This document shows, one piece after another, positions 18,357 to 27,885 of a DNA stretch of 64,000 nucleotides (positions are counted from its first letter, which is position 1; each line of letters starts with the position of its first letter). The notes under the pieces are model-generated. The model was given only the letters and a program-made list of their open reading frames with translations, did not search any database and was not told the DNA's origin. Made by a program: the position numbers and the translations under genes. The DNA comes from an uncultured Gemmatimonadaceae bacterium (GTDB lineage Bacteria > Gemmatimonadota > Gemmatimonadetes > Gemmatimonadales > Gemmatimonadaceae): contig CAWFQK010000002.1 in assembly GCA_963817955.1 (NCBI GenBank), forward strand, positions 736,001-800,000, given 5' to 3'.

Positions 18357-19940
18357 ATGACGGGGATGGGGGTGCTGGTGGAACAGGAAGGACGTGAAAT
18401 CGCAGGAGTATCTCGGGGTCAGAACGCGGTCTATGTGATGCCGCACGACTGGGCATCGATGTCCCAGTTCCTTTCTCCGTTGGTCGAACGAATCGACGAG
18501 CAGACGCACGCCGTGCAGCTCCTCGTGCTCACCCCCGACTCGGAGGTCGCCACCGCGGTGACGGCCGCCGCGGTGCGGCTCACCGAAGGACGCGACGTCG
18601 GCATTCTCGCCGCCACATCCACGCGACGTTCGGCGCGTCTGGTTCGGTTACGTCCGCCGCATGTCATTGCGGGTCCTGCTGACATCATTCTCGAGCTCGT
18701 CCGCGCCGCTGCCATCAAGCTCGACACGGTTCGCATGCTTTGCATTGCCTGGGCCGACGAGCTCATGACCCAGGCGACGCCGGAGTCGCTGGAAGCGCTG
18801 ATGACCGAGCTTCCGAAGGACGGAGCGCGCATCGTCGTCACGTCGGAGCTCACGCCGGCCGTCGAGGCCCTCATCGAGCGGTACGCACGCCGCGGCCGCC
18901 GAGTCGGGCTGCCGATCAGCGAAGCGGATCAGCCGACGCCCGTCGGCTACGTCACCGTGTCGCCACAATCGCGCCTGTCAGCGCTACGGCGTCTGCTCGA
19001 TGAAGTCGATCCTGCGTCGGCGCTGGTATTCGTGCGGGACAGCGTCAGTGCGTCGGAAGTCGGCAATCTGCTGCGCGCTTTGGGCTACAGTGGGAGCGAC
19101 GCGCCGATTCGAGTCGGGCTCACTGCCACGCCGGGCATGGACCTCGTCGTGCTGTTCGACCTGCCAGCGTCCCGCGAGGAACTCCGCGGAGCTGTCGGCG
19201 CTGCTCCGCGCAGCATTGCACTCATTCAGCCACGCCAATTGGCCAGTTTGCGAGCGCTGGCAGCTGGTGGAACCGTTTCCTCGTTCACGTTATCCGAATC
19301 GGGAACCCGGGTTCGGGAGCGCGAAGCTCGCATGCGCGCCGAACTGCGCGATGCGCTGGCGCAGGGACAGTACGGTCGCGAGCTCCTCGCGCTCGAGCCA
19401 TTGCTCGAGGAATACGACGGCATCGAGATCGCCGCCGCCGCGCTGCAGTTGCGCGATCGCGATCGCGCAACGCATGCCGCGGCCGCACAAAGCGCGGCGC
19501 CGGCTCCGCGCGAGCGGAGTACAGAGCGGAGCGCCGAACGGGGCAACGACCGTGATTCGGCCGGTATGGTGCGCCTGTTTGTGAGTGTGGGCTCCCGCGA
19601 CAATGTACGTCCGGGCGATCTTGTTGGCGCGATCGCGAATCAGGGCGGCGTAACGAGCGCTGAAGTCGGGAAGATCGACGTGCGCGAATCGCACTCGATC
19701 GTCGAAGTCGCGTCGAGTGTCGCCGATTCAGTGATCGAGCGGGTCACGGGCGTTTCGATCAAAGGCCGGCGCGCGGTACTCCGCCGCGACGAGGAGCGCC
19801 CGCCGCGCTCCGGACCGTCCCGCAGTAGCGATCGCGCCGGCGGCGCTCGGCCGCGAGGCGCACGATCGGATTCGACTCGCGAGTCGCGCCCGAGAAGTGG
19901 ACCGCCCCGGGGCCGGCCGCGGCGCGGAGATGGCGAGTGA
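18357..19940 (+). CDS. degenerate DEAD-box-like protein with C-terminal DbpA RNA-binding domain
   Basis: Collinear with DeaD/CsdA but the catalytic motifs are lost. [23 protein letters not shown] is the DbpA RBD; Arg/Gly-rich tail. Start uncertain (18357-18378). Confidence 0.75.
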   Translation: MTGMGVLVEQEGREIAGVSRGQNAVYVMPHDWASMSQFLSPLVERIDEQTHAVQLLVLTPDSEVATAVTAAAVRLTEGRDVGILAATSTRRSARLVRLRPPHVIAGPADIILELVRAAAIKLDTVRMLCIAWADELMTQATPESLEALMTELPKDGARIVVTSELTPAVEALIERYARRGRRVGLPISEADQPTPVGYVTVSPQSRLSALRRLLDEVDPASALVFVRDSVSASEVGNLLRALGYSGSDAPIRVGLTATPGMDLVVLFDLPASREELRGAVGAAPRSIALIQPRQLASLRALAAGGTVSSFTLSESGTRVREREARMRAELRDALAQGQYGRELLALEPLLEEYDGIEIAAAALQLRDRDRATHAAAAQSAAPAPRERSTERSAERGNDRDSAGMVRLFVSVGSRDNVRPGDLVGAIANQGGVTSAEVGKIDVRESHSIVEVASSVADSVIERVTGVSIKGRRAVLRRDEERPPRSGPSRSSDRAGGARPRGARSDSTRESRPRSGPPRGRPRRGDGE

Positions 19941-20557
19941 TCTCCGACGGCTACTTCTCGGGAGGAGCCGCTGGTTGGATCGAGGTGATCTGCGGCGTGA
20001 TGTTCAGCGGCAAGAGCGAAGAGCTCATTCGCCGCGTACGCCGCGCGATCATCGCGAAGAGAAAAGTGCAAGTGTTCAAGTCCCATCTCGACGAGCGGTA
20101 CGCCGGTATCTATCACATCTCCAGCCACGATGGGCGCTCGGTGGAGGCGGTGCCAATCGACACACCTGAGCAGATCGGACAGCTCATCGAGTCCGACACG
20201 CAGGTGGTGGCGATTGACGAGGCGCAATTCCTCGACGCCACGATCGTAGATCTGGTGACGTCGCTCGCGAACCGAGGTGTCCGCGTCATCGTCGCCGGCA
20301 CGGACAATGACTTTCGCGGGGAGCCATTCGGCCCCATGCCACAGCTCCTCGCTATCGCGGAGGTCGTAGACAAGCTCCATGCGATTTGCGTGATCTGTGG
20401 CAATCCGGCCAGCCGCAACCAGCGCCTCATTGCCGGGAAACCGGCACGGTACGATTCGCCGACCATCATGGTGGGCAGCACCGAGTCATACGAAGCCCGG
20501 TGTCGCGCCTGCCATTCGGTGCCGCGACGCGACGAAGACCAGGTCCGGCTGCTCTGA
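19937..20557 (+). CDS. tdk: thymidine kinase
   Basis: [22 protein letters not shown] and YEARCRAC motifs. Confidence 0.95.
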   Translation: MISDGYFSGGAAGWIEVICGVMFSGKSEELIRRVRRAIIAKRKVQVFKSHLDERYAGIYHISSHDGRSVEAVPIDTPEQIGQLIESDTQVVAIDEAQFLDATIVDLVTSLANRGVRVIVAGTDNDFRGEPFGPMPQLLAIAEVVDKLHAICVICGNPASRNQRLIAGKPARYDSPTIMVGSTESYEARCRACHSVPRRDEDQVRLL

Positions 20558-21065
20558 CACGAGACACGGGATGCCCGTCGCCCCGAGCGATGTCTGTCAT
20601 CCTGAGCGAAGCGTGTCATCCTGCGCGAAGCCTGTCATCCTGAGCGAAGCGAAGGATCTCTGCGACCAAAAGAACAGCATTTACCACAGAGCGGCCCAAC
20701 AGCTTTTAACGCAGAGGTCGCAGAGAACTGCAGAGAACCGCAGAGGACCGTGAAGGATTGTCTCGCCTGGAAGTCTTGGATGATGCCGTCGTGATGCTCC
20801 GATGGTATCGCCCAGGTCGGGATCATTTAACGATATGGCGGAATGATTGTGGACTCTGCAATCACGGTTCATTCCACCAATACGAGCTTCCCTCTTCCGT
20901 ACGCTTGCAGTTCTCTATTGCAGTTCTCTTCTGCAGTTCTCTTGCAGTTCTCCTGCAGTTCTCTGCGACCTCTGCGTTCAAAAGCTGTTCTGCCGGCCAC
21001 AGAGATCCTTCGCTTCGCTCAGGATGACAGGCTTCGCGCAGGATGACAGACACCTCGTGTCTCGT
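20556..21065. mobile_element. palindromic element copy C (non-autonomous, opposite orientation to A, B and D)
   Basis: Tandem TGTCATCCTG(A/C)GCGAAGC units at 20595-20660, mirrored at 21002-21048. AACGCAGAGGTCGCAGAG arms. GxxExxY remnant on the + strand (ATG 20843, MIVDSAITVHS). Outer GACACGA 7-mers. Confidence 0.85.
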
Positions 21066-21106
21066 ATCGCAGGCCGGTGACCGCTACGGAGCAGTTGTAA
21101 CAGGCG

Positions 21107-23059
21107 TCAGGAATTGGGCGTCAGACTCCGATACAACTGCCGTACGTTGAAACGAACCGGATCCAGCTCGTAGTAGCGATTGTCCTGGAAGCGGCCCGTC
21201 GTCGGGAAGTACGGCGGTGGATTCACCACCGCGCACCGATCGTAGCTGTATCGCTTGACGTAGCCGGTGCCTGTCGACGTGCCCACTGCGCCTCGCGTAT
21301 TCTGAATGAGCCCGCCAGTCAGGTACAGGCAGCCACGCCCGTCGGTCGAGCCCTGGCACCCGATTGCGTTCGTCGGACCGGTGCTGTAACCCTGCACGCC
21401 GAACGAAGTCCCGAGCGCCATGATGACCGCGTGGATGTACATGTCCGGGGTGTCGTCCAGGCTACGGACGATCTGGGGACTGCTGGTCTTCACGTATTGC
21501 GGCGAATTCAGGTCGTTGTCAGCGACGACCGTGTTCGCCCCCGATATGAGCCCCAGAATGTCCACGCATACTCCACGCGACGGATCGTTCGCGTACCGCA
21601 AGTCGTCGAGAATGACGATGGTATTCGGCGAGTACAGCGTGACGTCGCCGCGCAACACACCACTCACACCCACCGTACCGGCCACGTACATCACACCTTT
21701 GGTACTGGTGTTGTACCCCCGATAGAGCGGATAGAGATATTTGGCGTCCCACGTTCGGGCCGCCGCGACCGTGCCGTTCGGCGTATTCGAATAGAGACGC
21801 CACGATCCGAGCGAATCGGCGGGCGTAAACGTGGTGTCGGTGCCTCCGATGTGCATCTGGGCGGCCGTGTAGCCGTGTCCCGCATCGCGCATCACCGCCG
21901 CAAGATGTGGATCGCCGCCAAGGTAGCAGCGCGCGCCGGAATGCTGCATGATGGTCGTCACGCTCGAGGCGCCTTCGGTATGTGCGGCCGAGATGTTTGC
22001 CGTGGTCGCTCCCCCAGCCATGCCGCGTGCAGTCACTGTGTCGAACCAGCGCTGTGTGTGCACGGCGCCCGGGAAGAACTTCGACACACCCGTCGCATCG
22101 TTGTGCCAGTCGCCGCAGTTGAGCAATTGCGCGGATGTCGGCAGGGATGAGGCACTACCAGGCCAGTCCGCACGCAGCCAGGCGGTCTTGTTCGCGTTCG
22201 CCGTATACACCCGGAAGAATCCTTCGTTCGTGCCGAGCGAGTCGCCATTGAGATCGATGTCCGCCGCCACGAACTCGATGCGCGTGCGGACGGTGGTTTC
22301 GTCTCCGGTGGTCGGTGCCGTGAAGCTCATGCCTCCGGTGGCCGCCAGCGCACTGAGGCCGCTGAGCGACGACAGCGACGGCAGCGTGATCGCCCGCTGA
22401 TGCGTCTGAAAGCCGCGGCTGAAGCTACCGTACTGCGACCCCGTGATCGTTCCGGCCGTGCCGACCTGATCATGAAATGTCGCACCGCTCGACAGAATGT
22501 CGATGTCGTCGTTCGACCAGACCGGCCCCCACAATTGGTCTCCCCCACCGAACGAGATGTTCGTGCCCTCGCTGTTCGTCCAGTACGCGAACTTGGCGAA
22601 GCTCTCCTGCGTCAATTCGAGGCGCCTCACGAAGCCGGTCCCATTGGCATCGCGCGCCTCGGCAACGATGCTGGCGAAGCGCCCGAATTGGCCGCTCGTC
22701 GACCCGGTGGGACCCACGTAGAGATTCACCGTGATACCCTTGAGCGCCTGATAGTCGGCCGACACCAGGGTCTTTTGCGTCATCAGCGCCACGTAGCTCG
22801 TATTTGGCAGCGTCGCGGGATTGAAGTTGAGCTCCGCCTTGCCGATGGCGAGCGCCGCTTCGGACGTGTACTTGAGATCATCTTCTTTCTCGTATGCCTT
22901 GCCGAGAAGCGTGGCATTCGCGGTGAGAAAGATCGCCGACAGGGCGAGCGCACCGACGCCGGCCACAAAGAATATTGCAACGAAGAGCGCAATGCCGCGG
23001 CGCGCACGCGCCGCCCCAGCGGCGCCGAATGTGTGGCGCCGACAACGTGTAGTAGTCAT
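21107..23059 (-). CDS. large PilX-like minor pilin / pilus-associated protein
   Basis: RRGIALFVAIFFVAGVGALAL is a PilX-type leader; last gene of the pilin cluster; about 650 aa. Confidence 0.65.
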   Translation of the reverse strand: MTTTRCRRHTFGAAGAARARRGIALFVAIFFVAGVGALALSAIFLTANATLLGKAYEKEDDLKYTSEAALAIGKAELNFNPATLPNTSYVALMTQKTLVSADYQALKGITVNLYVGPTGSTSGQFGRFASIVAEARDANGTGFVRRLELTQESFAKFAYWTNSEGTNISFGGGDQLWGPVWSNDDIDILSSGATFHDQVGTAGTITGSQYGSFSRGFQTHQRAITLPSLSSLSGLSALAATGGMSFTAPTTGDETTVRTRIEFVAADIDLNGDSLGTNEGFFRVYTANANKTAWLRADWPGSASSLPTSAQLLNCGDWHNDATGVSKFFPGAVHTQRWFDTVTARGMAGGATTANISAAHTEGASSVTTIMQHSGARCYLGGDPHLAAVMRDAGHGYTAAQMHIGGTDTTFTPADSLGSWRLYSNTPNGTVAAARTWDAKYLYPLYRGYNTSTKGVMYVAGTVGVSGVLRGDVTLYSPNTIVILDDLRYANDPSRGVCVDILGLISGANTVVADNDLNSPQYVKTSSPQIVRSLDDTPDMYIHAVIMALGTSFGVQGYSTGPTNAIGCQGSTDGRGCLYLTGGLIQNTRGAVGTSTGTGYVKRYSYDRCAVVNPPPYFPTTGRFQDNRYYELDPVRFNVRQLYRSLTPNS

Positions 23060-23067
23060 GTTGGTCC

Positions 23068-24237
23068 TCACGGAATGGAGACCGATGATGTGTTGCCGAC
23101 CGGTGAGCTTGCGGGCGTGCAATCCTGCGCCGCCACGCCGTATACCCACACCTGCCCGCTCGTCACATCGGTGTCCTGGAACGAATACGTGGCTGAGCCG
23201 GCAGGCACGCTGGCGAACGGTTGGTCGAACGAAGCCACGCTCTGCAGGCGACGGTAGATCGCGTACCGTTCCACGTCCTTTTCCCCTGCACCGTCGTCCA
23301 CACTCGCGGTCCACGAAATCGTGACGAACGTCTGCGGCACGCTACTGCCGTTGGCCGCCGTGACGGTTGCGGCGGGTGTGACGCCAATTGGCGCTGCACC
23401 ACATGTGGTATGGTGAATGAGACCGGCGTTCATCAGCCGGATCGTCGTCTGCATTCGGCGATAGGTATCGCTGTTCGTGCGCTTGTCATGATACACGCTC
23501 GTGAACTGCACCTTCACCTGACGAATGCTGTCGACGAGCGCAGCTCGGCCCGTATCCGCCTGGGCGCCGTGAATGGGCGCCGAGTGCACGAGCGGCAGCA
23601 GCGATGACGGGATAGCGGTGAGCGCGCCCGTAGTGTCGCTCTTGAAGTACTGGAAGATCGTATCGCCTGTGTTGTAGATGATGCCGCGCGCCACGACCTT
23701 CGCCGGACGCGCGTTCAACCGGCGGAACAGGATGTACTCGTTGCTCCGCGAACTCGTGGAATCGTGTGACAGCCAGTACGAGATCGTCTCGGCATTGCTC
23801 GGTACGCCGACGTTCTGCAGGTAGGTGGTATCGGGGTACTGTCTCGCCATGCCGGGCAGTGTGATCTTGTTCGAGGTGCGCATCACGCTCACGCCGGCGG
23901 AGTCGGCATCGGGATTGATGTAGACGGCGCCAAGATCGCCCGTGTCGAGCGCCACGAGGTCCGCGTTGAACGTCAACGCCACCGCACCCGCTTGAACGAG
24001 CAGGGGCTGGACGTCGGCCACGCCCACACCGGCCACGCGCAGCTCGCGGTCGAGCATCGACAGCGCAAACCGGGAATTCGACTGTGCGTCGAGCCGTCCC
24101 GCCTGCGTAGAAACGGAACTGGACTGTTTCTGAAAGAGCTGCACGCTCAGGCCGACGAGCGTGAGCATCAAGGACATGGCGAGCACCATTTCGGCCAGGG
24201 TGAAGCCGCGGCGCACGCGAAGCGAGGATGGCTGCAC
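23068..24237 (-). CDS. PilW-like prepilin with C-terminal FN3-like domain
   Basis: RRGFTLAEM prepilin motif and DRELRVAG. The C-terminal ISWTAS...YAIYRR...YSFQD...YGVAAQD pattern is FN3-like. Confidence 0.75.
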   Translation of the reverse strand: MQPSSLRVRRGFTLAEMVLAMSLMLTLVGLSVQLFQKQSSSVSTQAGRLDAQSNSRFALSMLDRELRVAGVGVADVQPLLVQAGAVALTFNADLVALDTGDLGAVYINPDADSAGVSVMRTSNKITLPGMARQYPDTTYLQNVGVPSNAETISYWLSHDSTSSRSNEYILFRRLNARPAKVVARGIIYNTGDTIFQYFKSDTTGALTAIPSSLLPLVHSAPIHGAQADTGRAALVDSIRQVKVQFTSVYHDKRTNSDTYRRMQTTIRLMNAGLIHHTTCGAAPIGVTPAATVTAANGSSVPQTFVTISWTASVDDGAGEKDVERYAIYRRLQSVASFDQPFASVPAGSATYSFQDTDVTSGQVWVYGVAAQDCTPASSPVGNTSSVSIP

Positions 24238-24247
24238 GAGGTCTCCG

Positions 24248-24637
24248 TCAGTAGGGTGCGATGACGGTGGTCTTTCGCACGGGCCCCGCCAATTGACTGT
24301 TCGTGACCTGCACGGTGACGATCTTGTAGTCAATCGTGTCGGTGACTTGCCCTCCGACGTGTGTCACCCATGTCTGGCGCGAATAGTGGGGGTATCCGGT
24401 CAGCGTCGCCTCGGTGGCCACGTACAGGCTTTCGATTGCCGAATAGCGCGGCGACGCTTTCACGACCTCGAGCCGTTCTGCCGTGAGCTGCGCTGCCGTG
24501 ACGCGCATGCGCGACGATGTGGTCTGCTGCGACAATCGCACGGAGAACAGGCCCAGGCCGAGCATCACACTGCCGAGGATCGATAGCGCGACAATGACTT
24601 CGACGAGTGTCAAACCGCTGCGCGCGGCGCGCATCAT
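24248..24637 (-). CDS. PilV-like prepilin
   Basis: RSGLTLVEVIVALSIL type IV prepilin motif. Confidence 0.8.
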   Translation of the reverse strand: MMRAARSGLTLVEVIVALSILGSVMLGLGLFSVRLSQQTTSSRMRVTAAQLTAERLEVVKASPRYSAIESLYVATEATLTGYPHYSRQTWVTHVGGQVTDTIDYKIVTVQVTNSQLAGPVRKTTVIAPY

Positions 24638-25233
24638 TGATTGGCGAGAACCCATTGTCCGGTGCCTGCGTTGAGGCGGTACCAGTCGACGCGCCCCGTC
24701 GCCTGCGTCAGCGTGATGGCGCGATACCAGGGCGGCCCGTGGGCCGCCACCTTGATGTAGATCTCGGCGTCAGAACTCGCCGATCCGTCGCGGTGGAACG
24801 TGACCGTGGGATAGCCGTTCAGCGTGGCGATAGCAGATCCGGTCACCGGAAGGTGGATCGCCGTGCCCGAGACGCCGTGAACCGCTGGATCGGTGAAGAG
24901 AATGCCGACATCCAGCCCTCGCCACGTCAGGTGCTCGGTGGTCGTGGGGAGTCCATCGTTGTTCGCGTCCCAGAACGTACGAATTCGTTCGCCCGTCGTG
25001 TCGAAGCTCACGACCATGTCGTGCTGGCGCGTGATCGCCTGGCGCTGGGCGTACTGCAGTGTGGTACGCACGATCTGCGCGACGGCGTCTGCCCTATACT
25101 TCGTCGTGTCGATGCGCGGAATGGCCAGCGCCAGCGTGATGCCGGTAATGACCAATACGGTCATCGTTTCGATGAGCGTGAATGCGGATCGTGCTGTTCG
25201 GCCGTCGTTTGGGTGCGTGACGATCTGTCTCAT
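24634..25233 (-). CDS. FimT/GspH-like prepilin
   Basis: RSAFTLIETMTVLVI, AQRQAI and VTFHRDG motifs. Confidence 0.8.
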   Translation of the reverse strand: MRQIVTHPNDGRTARSAFTLIETMTVLVITGITLALAIPRIDTTKYRADAVAQIVRTTLQYAQRQAITRQHDMVVSFDTTGERIRTFWDANNDGLPTTTEHLTWRGLDVGILFTDPAVHGVSGTAIHLPVTGSAIATLNGYPTVTFHRDGSASSDAEIYIKVAAHGPPWYRAITLTQATGRVDWYRLNAGTGQWVLANQ

Positions 25234-25428
25234 GACGAATTCCAGTAAGCGCTCACATCCAGGACGACAGGATTGCCTGAGAGGCTATCCGGGCCTGTGA
25301 TGGAGATCGTCATGACAGCGGCATGAATCGTCATATTCTGTGGCCTCTCGCCTTGCAAGTAATGCCCGTTTGGGCCTAACCTCTCTTTCACGTATCGCCA
25401 CGCTCCGTCTTTTCGCCGGGCAACTGAC

Positions 25429-26250
25429 ATGGGTGTAATCGCCACGCTGCTCCCGAACGCGACACAATTGCAGCGCCTCCGAACCGCCATTCGCGACCGC
25501 CATCAGTTGGTGGCGTGCGATGACTGGGCAGAACTGCTGCAAGTGTGCGAACGACAACCGGTTCGACTCGCCGTGGTCGACCTATTCGCCGGTGGCAATG
25601 CGAGCTTCGAACGTGTGCGCCACATGAAGCAGCGTCTGCCCCGGCTCACGCTGATTGCGTACGTCACCTTTACGGCAGATCGCGCGCACGAATTGTTCGA
25701 TGCGGGACGCCAGGGAATGGACGGGCTGATCATCGCCGATCAGGACGATGCACCACGCGCGCTGCTCGCCCTCGTCGAGCACGCCGAGTCCAAGAGCCTT
25801 GGCGCGGTTGTCCGGCAATCGCTCGATGACGTCGAACCGACGATTCGCGATGCGGTGCTGCTCGCGGTCACTCGTGCGCATGAGCGTCTATCACCCGAGG
25901 GCCTGGCGCGCCTCCTGGCCCTGCCCCGCCGAACCGTCTCACAACGGCTCTCCGCGGCCGGATACCCGCCGCCACAGCGACTGCTCACGTGGGGTCGATT
26001 GATCGTCGCGGCACATCTCCTCGAAGACCGCCACCGCAGCGCCGACCGCATCGCGCTCGCGCTCGAATTTCCCTCGGGGAGCGCCTTTCGTAACACCTGC
26101 CAGCGGTACCTGCACGCGACACCCCACGACATTCGCGCGCGTGGCGGCGCGGCGTACGTCATCCGCAGTCTGCTCCGGCAAGTCGGTCCCGCCGAGCGAG
26201 CGCATCCCAGCGGGCGCCCCGGAAAACGCACGCTGGCCCTCGCTGTCTGA
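25429..26250 (+). CDS. AraC-like HTH transcriptional regulator with receiver-like N-terminus
   Basis: LARLLALPRRTVSQRL and ADRIALALEFPSGSAFRNTCQRY form a double-HTH pattern. Divergent from the pilin cluster. Confidence 0.75.
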   Translation: MGVIATLLPNATQLQRLRTAIRDRHQLVACDDWAELLQVCERQPVRLAVVDLFAGGNASFERVRHMKQRLPRLTLIAYVTFTADRAHELFDAGRQGMDGLIIADQDDAPRALLALVEHAESKSLGAVVRQSLDDVEPTIRDAVLLAVTRAHERLSPEGLARLLALPRRTVSQRLSAAGYPPPQRLLTWGRLIVAAHLLEDRHRSADRIALALEFPSGSAFRNTCQRYLHATPHDIRARGGAAYVIRSLLRQVGPAERAHPSGRPGKRTLALAV

Positions 26251-26325
26251 CCCAGTTCGTTCCTCCCGCGGCCACCGACATCGGTTACCGCGCGCGTGCT
26301 TCACCTTCTCCCGAGGTCCAATATC

Positions 26326-26886
26326 ATGATGCGACGCCGCTTCACTCCCCTCGCTATACTGCTGTTCATCGGCGCGTGCAGCCTGTCCGATTCCACGGCG
26401 CCGGCGCGTGCAACCGGCACGGCGAATCGGGCGATCAGCGGAGACGACGAACACGATGGCCGTGTGATCCCCGGCTCGATTGGCAAGGCCGGCAGCGCGT
26501 CTGCCAACGGCCAGGACCAGCGTCTCGCCTGCAACGTCCCGGCTCAGCTTTCCGGGTCGGCGATCGTCGGGCCTTCCGGCGGCGAGCTGGACATCGGACC
26601 ACACCGGCTCATCATTCCCCCTGGAGCATTGACGCGGGACACTTTGATTTCCGGCACCGTGCCCCAAGGAGCCAGCATCGAGATCCACCTGGAACCACAC
26701 GGCCTGCGTTTCAACAAGCCGGCTGGGCTCATTCTCGACGTATCGAGCTGCGGCAAGGTGCCGGACATCATCTACATCGATGAGCAGGGCACCATCTCAC
26801 AGCGGATTCGCGCCGTATTCAGCACCTGGTGGCATACAATTGCTGCGCCCATTGACCACTTCTCCATTTACGCGCTGGACGTCTGA
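26326..26886 (+). CDS. hypothetical lipoprotein
   Basis: Lipobox IGAC. GPSGGEL...LIIPPGAL...LEPHGLRFNKP...IDHFSIY resembles ZU5-like modules. Confidence 0.65.
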   Translation: MMRRRFTPLAILLFIGACSLSDSTAPARATGTANRAISGDDEHDGRVIPGSIGKAGSASANGQDQRLACNVPAQLSGSAIVGPSGGELDIGPHRLIIPPGALTRDTLISGTVPQGASIEIHLEPHGLRFNKPAGLILDVSSCGKVPDIIYIDEQGTISQRIRAVFSTWWHTIAAPIDHFSIYALDV

Positions 26887-26901
26887 CATTTCAGCGCGGC
26901 G

Positions 26902-27885
26902 ATGAGCGGAATCGACGCGATAAAGACTGGAGAGGCATCAGAGCTCGCGGGCGAATTTCTCGATGCCTCTGCAGCGTATCAATCGGCGCTCACCGACGCC
27001 GATCCACTCGTCGTCGCCGATGCACGCTTTCACCTCGGGCGGGTCAGCTGGCGCCAGGGCCGATACGACGAAGCGGTGACGCACTATGACGCCGCGCGCA
27101 TCGTCACCATGCAGTTGGGCGCGAACAACCTTCGCGCGCGTGTGGAGAACGGACTCGGGGTGGTCCACCACGCGCGCGGTGCGTATGCGCAGGCACGCGC
27201 CAGCTACGCGGTAGCGCTGGACATGACCAGCGACCCGGTACAGCGCGGACGCGTCATGCTCAACCTGGGCGCCATCGCCAACATTGAAGGCGACCTCGAG
27301 AGCGCGCGGCTTCACTACGCGAGGAGTCGCGCGCTCTTTCAAGAGTCCGGATACCGCCGCGGGGAGGCACTTGCCCTGCACAATATCGGTATGCTGCACG
27401 CCGACCAGCAGTCGTGGGACGAAGCCGAAGAAGCCTATCGCCGCTGCCTCGAGCTGCTCGAGCAGGAGGGCGACCGGCAAATGATCGCCAACGTGCTGCT
27501 CAACCGCTCGGAGGTGAGCTGTGCACGAACGCGGTACGACGAGGCGATCGCAAACTGCGATCTCGCGCTATCGATCTACTCCGAGATCGGCGATGAGGTG
27601 GGCCGCGGCGAGGCGCTCCGATGGAAGGGCCATGCGCTTTGGCACCTACCGCGGTTCGAAGAGGCCGACCGAGCGATATCCGATGCCATCCGGATCGCGC
27701 ATCGGACGCAGGTCAAGCTGCTCGAAGCGGAAGCGTCCCGCGACCTCGGCGCCAGCCGCGCGGCGCAACGGAATTGGTCGGGTGCCCGCAAGGCGCTCAC
27801 GCGCGCGCTGGTACTGTTCGAGGAGCTCGGCGCGCAGCGCGAAGTCGCGGACGTGCGGGCCGAGTTGGGGCAGCTTGGCTCCTGA
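26902..27885 (+). CDS. tetratricopeptide repeat protein
   Basis: Repeated NLG/NIG-x-A-x-Y helical repeats. Its TGA stop lies inside the left arm of element D. Confidence 0.85.
   Translation: MSGIDAIKTGEASELAGEFLDASAAYQSALTDADPLVVADARFHLGRVSWRQGRYDEAVTHYDAARIVTMQLGANNLRARVENGLGVVHHARGAYAQARASYAVALDMTSDPVQRGRVMLNLGAIANIEGDLESARLHYARSRALFQESGYRRGEALALHNIGMLHADQQSWDEAEEAYRRCLELLEQEGDRQMIANVLLNRSEVSCARTRYDEAIANCDLALSIYSEIGDEVGRGEALRWKGHALWHLPRFEEADRAISDAIRIAHRTQVKLLEAEASRDLGASRAAQRNWSGARKALTRALVLFEELGAQREVADVRAELGQLGS

Noticed and set aside
20661..21002. Strand-specific G-U wobble bias in arm mismatches as evidence for an RNA form
   Set aside because: The favoured strand relative to the GxxExxY orientation differs among copies A-D; simple transitions explain the pattern.
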